A stretch of 64,000 bases of DNA from positions 8 through 64,007 of the forward strand of contig CAZFGT010000001.1 of assembly GCA_964518505.1 (NCBI GenBank). Reading direction: 5' to 3'. The notes beneath the pieces were generated by a model that saw only the letters and a program-made list of their open reading frames with translations, was not told the DNA's origin and did not search any database. Below are positions 29,614 to 38,435 of this stretch, piece after piece (the stretch's first letter is position 1; every line of letters begins with the position of its first letter). The DNA is from an uncultured Anaerolineaceae bacterium (lineage in GTDB: Bacteria; Chloroflexota; Limnocylindria; Limnocylindrales; CSP1-4). Made by a program: the position numbers and the translations under genes.

Positions 29614-31058
29614 GGAAGCGAGTCTCGCACGTGCTCCACCCGAGCGTCCAACCCGCCATGGGCGAGGCGCACGTCCACGCGCTCCCCCGGCGCCACCGTC
29701 GACGCGTCGCGGAGCAGCCCGCCGCGCTCGTCCCGCACGATGGCGTAGCCGCGCTCGAGCGTGGCATACGGACCGAGTGCCAACAAGCTGGCACGGGCGG
29801 CATGCAGACTCGTGGATGCCCGCACGACACGACCGCGGGCGGCCACCGGCAGGCGCTCCCCTGCCCTGCCCAGCACGGTCCGCGCCGACCCGAGCCGCGC
29901 ATCCATGGCGACCCGGGCGCGATCGAGCAGCAGGCCGACCCGCTCACGTTCACCGGCCAGCACCGCCGCCGGATGGAGGTGGTCCAGTGCCCGGCCCTCG
30001 GCCGTGACCGCATCCCGGGCGTGTCGCAGCGACCGCTGCGTGCCCGCATCGAGCCGCGCGCGGAGGGCGCGCAGGGCCAAGGCCTGGTCGTGACGGGCGG
30101 GCACCGCCAGCTCGGCCGCCACCGAGGGCGTCGCGGCGCGGAGATCGGCCGCGAAGTCGGTCAGCGTGACGTCGGTCTCGTGGCCGACGCCTGAGATGAC
30201 CGGCACGGGGTGGTTGGCGACCGCACGCACGACTCGCTCGTCGTTGAAGGGCCACAGGTCCTCCAGGGACCCGCCGCCGCGGGCCAGGATGACGACCTCT
30301 GGGCGCAGGCCGGTCAGCGGATCGCGCCACGCGGCGAGCCGCCGCAGGGCGGCCACGATGCTGATGGGCGCCGCGTCGCCCTGGACCAGGCATGGCGCCA
30401 GGACGACGCGGGCCAGCGGCCAGCGGCGCTCGAGCACGCGGCTGATGTCGTGGAGCACGGCGCCCTGGGCGCTGGTGGCCACGCCGATGAGGCGCGGCCA
30501 GACCGGCAGTGGCCGCTTGCGGGCGGCTTCGAACAAGCCTTCCGCAGCCAGCCGGGCCTTGATGGCCTCGAGTCGGAGGGCCAGGTCCCCCAGGCCTGCC
30601 GGCTGGAGCATGTCCACGTACAGCTGGTAGTGGCCCTGCTGCTCGAAGACGTCGACACGACCGTGCGCCACGATGCGGAGGCCGGTGCGTGGTTCGAACG
30701 GGATGGCGCGGCGCTCGTCGCGGAAGATCACGGCCCGCAGCTGGGCCCGATCGTCCTTGAGCGTGAAGTAGCAGTGGCCGGCGGCGCTCATGGAGACCTG
30801 GCCGACCTCCCCCTCCACCCATAGGTCACGCAATGCGGGCACCGCGCGGAGGCGATCCTTGATCTCGCGCGTGACCTCGGCGACGCTGCGGATGCGCGGG
30901 CCAAGGGTGGGCGCAGCTCCAGCGGTCGCGGGCGTCGGCCCTGGCCCCGGTGCCGGGGCGGCCCTCGGCGGCTCGGCCGGCGCATCGTCCCAGGTGGGGC
31001 GCAACCAGTCGTTCCAGGGGCGCTCGGGATCGAGCGGCGCGCGACGCTCCTCGCTCAC
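29610..31058 (-). CDS. xseA: Exodeoxyribonuclease VII large subunit
   Basis: WVEGEV, GHCYFTLKD, RGGGSLEDLW, GVGHETD, AATPS and LERGYA motifs. Confidence 0.95.
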   Translation of the reverse strand: MSEERRAPLDPERPWNDWLRPTWDDAPAEPPRAAPAPGPGPTPATAGAAPTLGPRIRSVAEVTREIKDRLRAVPALRDLWVEGEVGQVSMSAAGHCYFTLKDDRAQLRAVIFRDERRAIPFEPRTGLRIVAHGRVDVFEQQGHYQLYVDMLQPAGLGDLALRLEAIKARLAAEGLFEAARKRPLPVWPRLIGVATSAQGAVLHDISRVLERRWPLARVVLAPCLVQGDAAPISIVAALRRLAAWRDPLTGLRPEVVILARGGGSLEDLWPFNDERVVRAVANHPVPVISGVGHETDVTLTDFAADLRAATPSVAAELAVPARHDQALALRALRARLDAGTQRSLRHARDAVTAEGRALDHLHPAAVLAGERERVGLLLDRARVAMDARLGSARTVLGRAGERLPVAARGRVVRASTSLHAARASLLALGPYATLERGYAIVRDERGGLLRDASTVAPGERVDVRLAHGGLDARVEHVRDSLP

Positions 31059-31591
31059 CCGAACCGCCAGCGGGTGGCGTCGCCCGGGTAGCCATGAGAC
31101 GTCCAGCCGAAGCCGACCGTGGGATCGAGCCGCCACAGGCCACCCGTCCGCCAATTCGCCGGATCGACGGTGTAGTCGAAGGGCCCGGCGTACTTGCCGA
31201 AGGCGGCCACGAGCTCAGCCTCCAGCGCCGCGTCGGGATCGGACACCCGCACGGCGTGGCCCTCGATGATCACGGCCGCCTCATCCCCGCCGACGCTCAC
31301 CGCGACGTCACTGCGGAGCGCCAGGTTGCGGGCGCGGCGTGTCTGCAGGCCGCCCTCCCAGTAGAACGCGTCGGCGACCCAGACGCCCCACGTGGGCATG
31401 AGGTGCGGCCGGCCGTCGGGTCGCGCGGTGGCGACCCAGTAGGTGAGGGCCGCCTGGAGCTGCTCGCGAGCCCAGGCCCACGGCAGGGTCCCCTCGGCGG
31501 AGGTGGGGATGCCGTATTCGGGGACGTCCGGGCGTTCGGTGCGCGGCGTCCGGACGGCGCCGGGGCCGTCAGAGCCGGGTCTGGTACTCAC
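31055..31591 (-). CDS. Pyridoxamine 5'-phosphate oxidase-like (PPOX, possibly F420-dependent) protein
   Basis: YWVATARPDGRPHLMPTWGVW and RRARNL motifs. Confidence 0.85.
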   Translation of the reverse strand: MSTRPGSDGPGAVRTPRTERPDVPEYGIPTSAEGTLPWAWAREQLQAALTYWVATARPDGRPHLMPTWGVWVADAFYWEGGLQTRRARNLALRSDVAVSVGGDEAAVIIEGHAVRVSDPDAALEAELVAAFGKYAGPFDYTVDPANWRTGGLWRLDPTVGFGWTSHGYPGDATRWRFG

Positions 31592-32126
31592 CGGTCCGCG
31601 TGTCGATGCGCAGCGTGTCGCCCTCGTTGACGAAGAGCGGCACCTGGATGACAAGCCCGGTGGAGAGGGTCGCACCCTTGCGCGCGCCGGTCGCGGTGTC
31701 ACCGGCGTAGCCGGGCTCCGTCTCCTGGACCACGAGGTCCACCGTGATGGGCAGCTCGACGCCGATCGTCTCGCCCTCATACGTGGTGCGGTCGACCATC
31801 ATGCCGTCCTGGAGGTAGAGGGTCGCGTCGCCAAGCTGGTCGGCGTTCATGGAGAACTGGTCGTACGACTCCGTGTCCATGAAGTGGAAGTCGTCGCCGT
31901 CGCGATAGAGGAACTGCACCTGGCGCCGGTCCAGGCGCGCGCGGGGCCACTTGTCGCCGGCCTGGAAGCTGCGCTCGACGATGCCGCCCTTCTTGACGTT
32001 GCGGAGCTTGATGCGCACCTGGGCGGACCCGCGGCCCATCTTGATGTGGTGGTAGTCCAGGATCTGCCAGAGGTCGTTGTCGAGCTCGATCACGACGCCC
32101 TTGCGCAGCTCACCGGTGGAGATCAT
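31569..32126 (-). CDS. efp: Translation elongation factor P
   Basis: HIKMGRGSAQVR, FHFMDTESYDQ, GDTATG and VPLFVNEGD motifs. Confidence 0.96.
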   Translation of the reverse strand: MISTGELRKGVVIELDNDLWQILDYHHIKMGRGSAQVRIKLRNVKKGGIVERSFQAGDKWPRARLDRRQVQFLYRDGDDFHFMDTESYDQFSMNADQLGDATLYLQDGMMVDRTTYEGETIGVELPITVDLVVQETEPGYAGDTATGARKGATLSTGLVIQVPLFVNEGDTLRIDTRTGEYQTRL

Positions 32127-32224
32127 GGGACGGGGCACTCCTTCGGGACGGCGCTCGCGCCGTGGCAGGGATCAGTGGAGGATCTGATTCTACCCGAGCC
32201 GCCTTACCGGCCGACTCGCGGGAG

Positions 32225-33442
32225 CTACGCCTTGATGATCGTGACCTCACGCGGGAAACGGGTGAGCCGCTCCAGGCGGTGGGCATCCGGGTCGAACAGG
32301 ACCAGATCCTCGATGCGCACGCCCGTGCGGCCCTCCAGGTAGACACCGGGCTCGACGGAGAAGACGGTCGGACTGGGGAGCGGCGCGTCGGACGCCGCCT
32401 GCCGACCAAGCGAGGGCGACTCATGCGTCGCCAGCCCGATGCCGTGGCCCAGGCCGTGCCCGAACTGGTTGCCGCGGCCGGCTGCCTCGATCACTCGCCG
32501 CGCGGCCGTGTCCACCGCCCGCGCGATCGGATGGTCCCCGGCCGCGACGGCCTGGGCCAGCAGCTCCAGCGCGGCCTCCTGGGCCGCCGCAACGAGGCGG
32601 TACAGGTCCAGATCCGCTTCCGTGGGCTCGCCGACGAACAGGGTCCGGGTCATGTCGCTGCGGTAGCCCGCCACCTGGGCCCCGAAGTCGAACAACAGCA
32701 CTTGGCCCGCCTGGATCCTGCGGGCCCCCGGCGAGCCGTGCGGCAGGGCCGCCTGCGGGCCGGCGAGGACGGCGACATCGAAGGCCAGGGCGTCGGCCCC
32801 GTTGGTCCGCATCCCCCACTCCAGGTCCAGGGCGACCTGGGCCTCGGTCATGCCCGGGCGGATGGTCGGCAGCAGTCGGGCCAGGGCGGCGTCGGCCACG
32901 GCGCAGGCGGCCGCGATGCGCTCGACCTCCGACGGCTCCTTGGTCGCCCGCAGCGCCTCCACCCAGCCCTCGACCGGCACGAGTTCCACGTCGGGCGCGG
33001 CGGCCGCGAGCCGGTCCCAGGTGAGCCGCGAGACGTACGCGCCCTCCACGGCGACCCGGCGGCAGCCACGCACGAGGTCCGGCCAGCGCTCGGACAGGTC
33101 GTGGTACGCAGGCACGATGCGTGCGTCGGATGCCTCGTCGGCGGCCTGCTCCGTGTAGCGCGAGTCGGCCAGGAGCGCGACCTCGTCCGCTCGCACCAGG
33201 AACTGCCCGGAGTTGCCGGCCACGCGGTCCTCGCCGTCGCGGAGGGCGAACCCGGTGAGGTAACGGCTGTTCTCCGAGCGGACCCCGAAGTACGCGTCAA
33301 CCTCAGCCGTCACCAGCTGGTCGCGCAACCGGGCCAGGCGGGCAGGACGTGCCGCGCGATCGGCCGCCGCCCACCGCTCGCGATCCGCGGCGCTCGGCGG
33401 GGCGACGGCCGCCGGGGTCGCCAGCGTGGGCTCCGGGCTCAC
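32225..33442 (-). CDS. Xaa-Pro aminopeptidase (M24 family)
   Basis: DFG, SDMTRT, HGLGHGIGL and EPGVY...GVRIED motifs. Confidence 0.93.
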   Translation of the reverse strand: MSPEPTLATPAAVAPPSAADRERWAAADRAARPARLARLRDQLVTAEVDAYFGVRSENSRYLTGFALRDGEDRVAGNSGQFLVRADEVALLADSRYTEQAADEASDARIVPAYHDLSERWPDLVRGCRRVAVEGAYVSRLTWDRLAAAAPDVELVPVEGWVEALRATKEPSEVERIAAACAVADAALARLLPTIRPGMTEAQVALDLEWGMRTNGADALAFDVAVLAGPQAALPHGSPGARRIQAGQVLLFDFGAQVAGYRSDMTRTLFVGEPTEADLDLYRLVAAAQEAALELLAQAVAAGDHPIARAVDTAARRVIEAAGRGNQFGHGLGHGIGLATHESPSLGRQAASDAPLPSPTVFSVEPGVYLEGRTGVRIEDLVLFDPDAHRLERLTRFPREVTIIKA

Positions 33443-34878
33443 GGGATGTAGCCGTACTGCTTCAGCAGGCGCTGGAAGTCGGCGTTCGTCTTGGCGAAGG
33501 CGTGGGTGTGGCTGCCGTCGTTCTTGGCCACGAAGAAGAGGTAGCCGGTCGACGTAGCAGGCGCGGCGGCGGCCTGGATATCAGGCAGCGTCGGCGAGCA
33601 GATGGGCCCGTCGGGCAGGCCCGGATGGTCGTACGTCTGATAGCTCTGCAGGGCCGGCGGCGGCTTCACGTTGGCGATCGTGACTGGGTTCCAGAACGAG
33701 TACTGCTGCCACTGGTCCAACGGCCGTTGGGCCAGCTGCATGGTGTCGTTGGCATAGAAGACCGTGGGATCGGCGTTGAGGAGCCCCGTGGACCAGATCT
33801 TGGGGTTCAGACGGTTGGCGTACACGCCGGCGATCAGCGGGCGTTCGCTGTCGACGGCCACCTCTTTGTTGACGATGCTGGCCAGCGTCAGCGTGTGGTA
33901 GAAGGCAGCTCCCTGGGTCGTGGCCTCGGTCACGATCGTCTGGCCGACCTGCGTGGCCCAGGTGGTGAGCAGCAGCCGCACGATGCCCTCACCGGTGGCG
34001 TCGGGCTTGAGGCTGAAGGTGCCCCAGCCCAGGAAGCCCTCGAGCGAGCGGCCGTCCGGCAGAGCGGCCAGGAAGGGGTAGTCGGCTCGCAGGGCGGCCG
34101 TCGGCTTGGTGGCCAGATCGTAGAAGTCCTTGGCCACGTCCTTCTGGAGCGGCAGCGTCTCCAGGTAAGCGGTGACCTGCTCGATCCGCAGGCCGCTGCG
34201 CAGGGCCATCGTGATGTACGGGTTCACGGGCACCGGATCCTGGAGGGCCGACAGCAGTTGCGTCGGCGTCATCTGCTGGTTGAGGTAGTAGGTGCCGGCC
34301 TGGATGTTGCCGGACTCGCCGCTGGTGATGGCCACGAACTCGAAGGCCAGCGGCTCGGTCAGCAGCTGCTGGCTGGCGAGCAGGTTGGCGATGTCGGCCG
34401 CGCTCGCGCCCGCCGGCACCACGAACTGCACGGGCGACGCGTCCTGCCCCGCGGGGTCGGTCAGCTGGCTGCCCAGCTGTTCGCGCACCAGGTCGGCCAG
34501 GAAGGGCACCCGCATCGTCTGCGGGTTGGCCTGCGCGATATCGACGGCCAGCGTGCGCAGCAGCGGCCGGCCGACGCTGGCCAGCACGACCAGCACCAGC
34601 ACCCCCATCACCAGCACGACCAGCAGGCCGCGCACGCGGTGGTGCCGGGCCGGTGGCTGCAGCATCCCGTAGCCGTTGCGGCCGCCGTGGCGCCCGAGGT
34701 CCATCCGGCTCATGGTCCCCGACGCGGCCGGTGCGGGCGACTGCGGGGTCGGCGGCTCGTCCTCGTACGAGGGCTCGCCCGCGGCGTCCCAGCCCGCCTC
34801 GGGCGCTCCCGTATCGGGCGGGCCGATGCGGTGGGCCATGCGGATGGGCGGGTGATCCGGGTGGCCCAGGTCGCTCAC
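33439..34878 (-). CDS. mltG: Endolytic transglycosylase MltG (YceG)
   Basis: TM anchor, LASIVNKE, YANRL, LNADPT, GLPDGPICSP and YLFFV...HTHAF motifs. Confidence 0.92.
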   Translation of the reverse strand: MSDLGHPDHPPIRMAHRIGPPDTGAPEAGWDAAGEPSYEDEPPTPQSPAPAASGTMSRMDLGRHGGRNGYGMLQPPARHHRVRGLLVVLVMGVLVLVVLASVGRPLLRTLAVDIAQANPQTMRVPFLADLVREQLGSQLTDPAGQDASPVQFVVPAGASAADIANLLASQQLLTEPLAFEFVAITSGESGNIQAGTYYLNQQMTPTQLLSALQDPVPVNPYITMALRSGLRIEQVTAYLETLPLQKDVAKDFYDLATKPTAALRADYPFLAALPDGRSLEGFLGWGTFSLKPDATGEGIVRLLLTTWATQVGQTIVTEATTQGAAFYHTLTLASIVNKEVAVDSERPLIAGVYANRLNPKIWSTGLLNADPTVFYANDTMQLAQRPLDQWQQYSFWNPVTIANVKPPPALQSYQTYDHPGLPDGPICSPTLPDIQAAAAPATSTGYLFFVAKNDGSHTHAFAKTNADFQRLLKQYGYIP

Positions 34879-35330
34879 GGCCGCACCCCGGGGCGTGCGT
34901 CGAGCGCCGCCTGGAGGATGCGCCGAGCCGCTTCACGGTCGACCGCCGCGCGCTGGCCAGACCTGGCGCCTCGACCGGGCGGCCCGCCGTCGTGGCGGCG
35001 TCGTGCCGGGCCGACCGTGACTTCAGCGGCGACGCTGGTGAAGCGCTCGTCCTGCATCGTGACCGGCCGGCCCAGCCGGCGAGCGATCCCGTCAGCCCAG
35101 GCCCGGGCGGCCGCCGCCTGGTCGCCCTCGTCGCCGGATGGCAGGAGCGGCAGGCCCACGACCAGCTCATCGATGCGCTGTTCCGCCACCACGTGCGCCA
35201 GGGCCGCGGCATCATCGTCGAGCGTGCCGCGCATGACGGTCGCGAGACCGCGGGCCGTGCCCGTGTCGGTCGCCCCGACAGCCAGGCCGATGCGCCGGTC
35301 GCCCAGGTCGATGCCGAGGAGGCGGCTCAT
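34875..35330 (-). CDS. ruvX: RuvX/YqgF nuclease
   Basis: LGIDLGDRRIGLA, VVGLP, QDERFTS and VDREAARRILQ motifs. Confidence 0.94.
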   Translation of the reverse strand: MSRLLGIDLGDRRIGLAVGATDTGTARGLATVMRGTLDDDAAALAHVVAEQRIDELVVGLPLLPSGDEGDQAAAARAWADGIARRLGRPVTMQDERFTSVAAEVTVGPARRRHDGGPPGRGARSGQRAAVDREAARRILQAALDARPGVRP

Positions 35331-37144
35331 CAGCCGCTCGGGGTGGCGGTCGGGCCCGGCACGCTCGTCGCCGGCGCGGCGGTCGCGGCCGGCGTGGCGG
35401 TCGGGGCGAAGGTGCCCGGCGCGCCGGACGCACCTGGCTGCGGCGGCTGGACGGTGATCGTCACGCGCGACGGGTCATCGGGGATGCTCGACACGTAGAA
35501 CGGCGACGTCTCGATGGTCACCGTGCCGAGCGCCCCCAGGATCGTCCGCGCCTGGCCCACCGTCTTGCCCCGCACCTGCGTCAGCAGTACGGCCGGGTCC
35601 AGGGTGGCCGCGATCTGGCCCGTGGCGGAGGCGGAGAACGAGATCTGGCCGCCGCTCACGACGGCGGGTCCCACCTGCGTCTGGACCGTGCTGGGGAAGA
35701 GCTGGTAGCCGCTCGGCACGGACGCCGTCAGTCGGGCGGCCGCGACCTGCTCGACTTGCGTCTGATCGACGCCGTCGATCGTGCCGTTGCCGCTGACCGT
35801 GAGCGTGAAGGTGTCCTTCTGCTTGTTGACGAGGGCGCTCGCCGCCTGGTCCGCGGCCGTCGTGCCCACCGTCGCGCTGGCGGCGATGAGCGTCACGCCG
35901 GCGGGGACATTGGTGGGGTCCAGGCCGGCCGCATCGAGTTGCGTCTTGAGCGTCGCCCGGAGGCTGGCCACGGCCGCGTCATAGTCGGACTGCTGGATGA
36001 CCTGGATCACCGTATGCGCGCCACCGGTCGTGGGCGCGGCGTTGTTGACAACCGGGTGGCCTGGCTGTCTCGCCAGAGCGATCGCGACAGCGGTCGACGT
36101 GCGATCGATCGTGCCAGCGGCCACGTTGCCAGATGGGCCGCTGTTGACGGCCTGAACACCCACATCCGCCCGCCCGGCGGTGGCCGGAAAGAACGTGGCG
36201 CGAGGGACAGTGACTTGTTTGGTCGTGGCAAAGGTGATGCCGCTATCAGTAGAAACGACCGTCCCCTGCGGAAGCGTGTGCGATCCGCCGGTGTCGTAGT
36301 TCATGAATGTCACGGTGCCCGTCGCGGCCGTGTCGACCGGTTTCGTACCTGTGGCGTTGAACGTGTCGGTCGCGGTCAGGGGGATCGTCACGACCTGCGC
36401 CGGGACCACGCCGCGCGTGGTGTCGACGGTCGTCGCGGTCGGGTCGGCGATGACGGTGAGGTCGACCGGCTGCGCGGCCTGCGTGCGCGGCACGACCGTG
36501 ATCGTGGCCGTGGGCAGCACGTTGAAGGCGATCCAGCCGGCCGCCACCACGAGGGCCACCACGAGCACACCGGAGATGCCGATCCAGGCCCACCGTCGGC
36601 CCCCGCCGTCCGATCGATCCCGCGCGGTGACGACCGGCAGGTCGGGCACGCCACCGCGGTGCACGGCGCCGACCGGCGCACCCGCCATCGCGGGCGACAC
36701 GGGGGTCGCCGATGCCACCCCCGCGGCCGTCGCCGCGACAGCCAGGTCGTCCACCGGTGCGCTCTTGCCCGCCCGGGCCCGGCTCCGGGTCGACTTGGGG
36801 GCGGGGCCGGCGCTCTTAGGCTCGATCGCGGTCACCGCCCCGGCCAGCTCGGCGGCGCGCCCGGCCGACGCCTCCTGCAGGGCCGCCTCGTATTCGACCA
36901 CCGTGGCGTAGGCGGGCAGGCCGGCCGAGATGGCCACGGCACGGACACCCGGTTCGGCGGCCACGATGGCCAGCCGGCGCGTGTGGGCCAGGGCCTCGTG
37001 CGCCAGCAGCCGGAAGTTGATGCGGCTGGTGGCGATGCGCGAGCCGGTCGGCAGGACGAGCGCGATCCGCACGTCCTTGCTCGCGCGCAGGCGAGCCACC
37101 GCGTTGGTGATCTCGTCGTCCGGATCCAGATAGGCGATGCTCAT
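35330..37144 (-). CDS. Bitopic membrane protein with an extracellular baseplate-J/gp47-like region
   Basis: N-terminal YLDPDDEIT domain, low-complexity linker, one TM helix, then ATGTKP...ATGTVTFMN...GITFATT...GPSGNVAAGTI...TTGG typical of Baseplate_J-like annotations. Confidence 0.7.
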   Translation of the reverse strand: MSIAYLDPDDEITNAVARLRASKDVRIALVLPTGSRIATSRINFRLLAHEALAHTRRLAIVAAEPGVRAVAISAGLPAYATVVEYEAALQEASAGRAAELAGAVTAIEPKSAGPAPKSTRSRARAGKSAPVDDLAVAATAAGVASATPVSPAMAGAPVGAVHRGGVPDLPVVTARDRSDGGGRRWAWIGISGVLVVALVVAAGWIAFNVLPTATITVVPRTQAAQPVDLTVIADPTATTVDTTRGVVPAQVVTIPLTATDTFNATGTKPVDTAATGTVTFMNYDTGGSHTLPQGTVVSTDSGITFATTKQVTVPRATFFPATAGRADVGVQAVNSGPSGNVAAGTIDRTSTAVAIALARQPGHPVVNNAAPTTGGAHTVIQVIQQSDYDAAVASLRATLKTQLDAAGLDPTNVPAGVTLIAASATVGTTAADQAASALVNKQKDTFTLTVSGNGTIDGVDQTQVEQVAAARLTASVPSGYQLFPSTVQTQVGPAVVSGGQISFSASATGQIAATLDPAVLLTQVRGKTVGQARTILGALGTVTIETSPFYVSSIPDDPSRVTITVQPPQPGASGAPGTFAPTATPAATAAPATSVPGPTATPSG

Positions 37145-37169
37145 GGCTGGATCGTTAGCCTACCCGGCA

Positions 37170-38435
37170 CTAGACCTTCATGGCCCGCAGGACGCGGCGG
37201 AGGGCCGCATCCAGGGGGGCTTCCTGCGAGGCCATCTCGATGGCCTGATAGGCCAGGCCAAGGGGCGTCACGTCCTGCTGGTCGACCAGGAGCTTGGTCG
37301 CGTCGCGGATGGATTCGATCTCCCCCGGCTCCATGATGGAGACCTCGGGCGGGCGCGAGAAGGGCAGCCGCCGGGCGAAGCCCTCGTCGCGCAGGGCATC
37401 GATGAGGTTGACCAGTCGCGAGCCGCCGCCGCAGACGTAGATGCGGCCGGGCAGCAGGTCCCCGCCGGCCAGCTCCTCCAGCACCAGCTCCACCCCGGCC
37501 GCCCAGACCGCGGTGTCCTCGGCCAGGATGGAGGCGACCGTCTTGGCCTCGTCCACCGGCAGGCCGCGGGCGTGATCCACCTTGATCGCCTCGGCGCGCG
37601 GGAAGGGCAAGTCCAGGCGATCGGCCAGCGACTTGGTGAAGGCGCGGCCGCCCAGGGCGAACATGCGCGTGCCCTCGATACCGCCCTGGCGCACGAGGGC
37701 CACATCGGTGGTGCCGCCGCCGACGTCGATGAACAGGGCCCCGGCCTTCTGCACCTGCTCGCCGCCCAGCACGCGGGCCACGGCGTACGGCTCGGCCACG
37801 ATGGCCAGCAGCTCCAGGTCCAGCTGGCTGGCCACGCTCTGCAGCGCGCCAAGGTGCACCAGCGGGGCGAAGGCGTTGAAGATGCTGATGCGCACGTGGC
37901 GGCCCTGGAAGCCGACCGGGTTGGTCACGGCGTAGCCGTCGATGGACGCCCCCGTGACCGCCGCATGGACCAGGCGCACGTCCACGTTGGGCAGGCCGGT
38001 CTCCCAGGTGATGGCCCGCTCGGCGTCGCGCAACGCCTCGTGCTGGACGCCATCGATGAGCTTCTGCAGTTCGGCATCGTTGATGGGCGCGTCGGGCCGC
38101 TTGCGTTCCTGGGTGTGGGTCGTGGTGAAGCCCTTGACCAGCTCGCCGGCGATGCCGATGACGACCTGGCTGGGCCGGAAGCCGGCCATCTCCTCCGCTT
38201 CCTGGAGCGCCACCGAGCAGTTGTCCACGACGGCCGCGATGTCGGCCACGGTGCCCGACTGCATGTGGGAGAGGCCCTGTCGCTGCCGGCCCACGCCGCG
38301 CACCGTGCCGCGCCCGTCCTCGCCGATCTCGAAGACGAGCGCCTTGGCGAACTCGGTCCCGACGTCGAGCGCGGTGCAGGCCGCGGGGCCGGCCTGGCCC
38401 TCGCCGCGCTGCAGGAAGCGTCGCCAGAAGGCCAT
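37170..38435 (-). CDS. FtsA-like actin-family ATPase
   Basis: LDVGT (phosphate 1), IDVGGGTTD (phosphate 2), CGGGSRL (adenosine) and a 1C-like insert. Confidence 0.85.
   Translation of the reverse strand: MAFWRRFLQRGEGQAGPAACTALDVGTEFAKALVFEIGEDGRGTVRGVGRQRQGLSHMQSGTVADIAAVVDNCSVALQEAEEMAGFRPSQVVIGIAGELVKGFTTTHTQERKRPDAPINDAELQKLIDGVQHEALRDAERAITWETGLPNVDVRLVHAAVTGASIDGYAVTNPVGFQGRHVRISIFNAFAPLVHLGALQSVASQLDLELLAIVAEPYAVARVLGGEQVQKAGALFIDVGGGTTDVALVRQGGIEGTRMFALGGRAFTKSLADRLDLPFPRAEAIKVDHARGLPVDEAKTVASILAEDTAVWAAGVELVLEELAGGDLLPGRIYVCGGGSRLVNLIDALRDEGFARRLPFSRPPEVSIMEPGEIESIRDATKLLVDQQDVTPLGLAYQAIEMASQEAPLDAALRRVLRAMKV

Noticed and set aside
35330-37144. Prophage or contractile injection system, from the baseplate-J-like domain
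   Set aside because: The protein has a TM anchor and housekeeping neighbours; no sheath, tube, spike, capsid or terminase genes are present.
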